DNA of 64,000 nucleotides from an uncultured Bifidobacteriaceae bacterium (GTDB lineage Bacteria; Actinomycetota; Acidimicrobiia; IMCC26256; DASPTH01): NCBI GenBank assembly GCA_964505725.1, contig CAZDJK010000008.1, positions 506 to 64,505 of the forward strand, read 5' to 3'. Shown piece by piece: positions 62,791 to 64,000 of this stretch (position 1 is its first letter; each line of letters starts with the position of its first letter). The notes under the pieces were generated by a model. It saw only the letters and a program-made list of their open reading frames with translations, ran no database searches and was not told where the DNA came from. The position numbers and the translations under genes were made by a program.

Positions 62791-63942
62791 TCAGTCGCCG
62801 GCGCTCGCGATCGCCCCGACGTCGTGGAGACGCTCGACCTCGGACGGGTCGAAGCCCCAGTCCCTCAGCACCTCGTCGGTGTGGGCGGCGTAACGGGGTG
62901 AGGGCCCCTGGATCTCGCCGGGCGTGCGCGAGAAGCGCGGCGCGGGCGCGGGTTGGCGCATGCCGAACGCACGGACGAGCGTCTCGCGCGCCGCCATCTG
63001 CGGGTGCACGAACGCTTCCGTCATCCGGAGCACCGGCGCCACGCACGCGTCGCTGCCCTCGAACACCGTGCACCACTCGTCGCGTGTCCGGGTCGCGAAC
63101 GTCTCGGTGAACCGCCGCCGCACCGTCGGCCAGCCATCGCGATCCATCTGCGCGGGCAGATCCTCGTGGCCGAGACCGAGCTGCTCGAGGAGCTCGGCAT
63201 AGAACTCGGGCTCGATCGCACCGACGGCCATGTACTCGCCGTCGGCCGTCTCGTACACGTCGTAGAACGGTGCGCCGGTGTCGAGGATGTTCACGCCCCG
63301 CGTCTCCTCCCAGTTGCCGGTCTCCAGGTAGCCCCACGTCATCGCCATCAGCGACGCGGCGCCGTCGACCATCGCGGTGTCGACGACCTGTCCCCTTCCG
63401 CTGGTGCGCGCCTCGAGCAACCCGCACACGATCCCGAGCGCGAGGTACAGCGCGCCGCCCCCGAAGTCGCCGACGAGGTTCAGCGGCGGCGTGGGGGCCG
63501 CACCGGCGCGACCGAAGTGCGCGAGCGCCCCCGCGATCGAGATGTAGTCGATGTCGTGTCCGGCGGTCGACGCCAGCGGTCCGGTCTGCCCCCACCCGGT
63601 CATCCGGGCGTACACGAGGCGCTCGTTGCGGCCCATGCACTCGTCGGGCCCGACCCCCAGCCGCTCGGCGACCCCGGGCCGGAACGGGTCGATGAGCACG
63701 TCGGCCTGCGCCGCGAGCCGAAGCACGCACTCGACCCCGTCAGGATGCTTGAGGTCGACGCCGATCGAGCGCCGCCCGCGCGCGGTCACGATGGACGTGA
63801 CGGCACGCGTCGGGCGGTTCGCCCAGTCGCGGCGGTCGACCAGCACCACATCTGCCCCGAGATCGGAGAGGAGCATGCCGCAGAACGGCCCCGGACCGAG
63901 CCCGGCGAGCTCGACCACCTTCACCCCCGTCAGCGGTCCCAC
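62791..63942 (-). CDS. family III CoA-transferase (CaiB/BaiF; alpha-methylacyl-CoA racemase-like)
   Basis: N-terminal GVKVVELAGLGPGPFCGMLLSDLGADVVLVDR and family-wide similarity. GTG 63942 after AGGAGG. Confidence 0.9.
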   Translation of the reverse strand: MGPLTGVKVVELAGLGPGPFCGMLLSDLGADVVLVDRRDWANRPTRAVTSIVTARGRRSIGVDLKHPDGVECVLRLAAQADVLIDPFRPGVAERLGVGPDECMGRNERLVYARMTGWGQTGPLASTAGHDIDYISIAGALAHFGRAGAAPTPPLNLVGDFGGGALYLALGIVCGLLEARTSGRGQVVDTAMVDGAASLMAMTWGYLETGNWEETRGVNILDTGAPFYDVYETADGEYMAVGAIEPEFYAELLEQLGLGHEDLPAQMDRDGWPTVRRRFTETFATRTRDEWCTVFEGSDACVAPVLRMTEAFVHPQMAARETLVRAFGMRQPAPAPRFSRTPGEIQGPSPRYAAHTDEVLRDWGFDPSEVERLHDVGAIASAGD

Positions 63943-63951
63943 GCGCTCCTC

Positions 63952-64000
63952 CTACTCCGCCTGCCCCGCGCGCGCATCCCGGACGTCGAGCAGGATCTTG
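63952..64000 (-). CDS. 3' end of an unidentified CDS cut by the window edge
   Basis: Open minus-strand frame ...KILLDVRDARAGQAE* ending at TAG 63952-63954. Confidence 0.3.
   Translation of the reverse strand, partial: KILLDVRDARAGQAE

Overview
High-GC, Actinomycetota-like chromosomal segment. The taxon call is an inference from strong GC3 bias, frequent GTG starts, ATGA/GTGA-coupled genes, a mycothiol-type DinB enzyme, a RipA-like NlpC/P60 and several FadE-type acyl-CoA dehydrogenases. I support about 50 CDS, one initiator tRNA-Met, one cobalamin riboswitch, three decayed gene remnants and a few hairpins and short repeats. I saw no rRNA, CRISPR array, transposase or integrase. Many of the longest ORFs in the six-frame track are Arg/Pro-rich antisense or out-of-frame shadows and were discarded. 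The outstanding feature is a ~21-kb minus-strand operon (8901-30174). It has six translationally coupled genes encoding about 237, 3358, 687, 350, 1296 and 1133 aa. I could find no NTPase, nuclease, protease, secretion signal, phage or mobile-element hallmark in it. The only recognisable folds are an Asp-box beta-propeller in the last gene and a degenerate lipase-like module inside the giant protein. The operon is bracketed by a truncated flavin-monooxygenase remnant and a frameshifted LuxR-type regulator remnant. I regard it as the candidate undescribed system; its function cannot be read from sequence alone. A second locus of interest (37885-44771) has a cobalamin riboswitch driving an alpha/alpha-toroid protein plus a DUF4430-like protein, together resembling a split transcobalamin. 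It lies divergent from an ECF transporter. The rest is ordinary metabolism and housekeeping: amidase, amidohydrolase, acyl-CoA dehydrogenases, a MarR plus ABC-2 exporter, HIT, CoaA, PadR plus aldo/keto reductase, and a CoA transferase.
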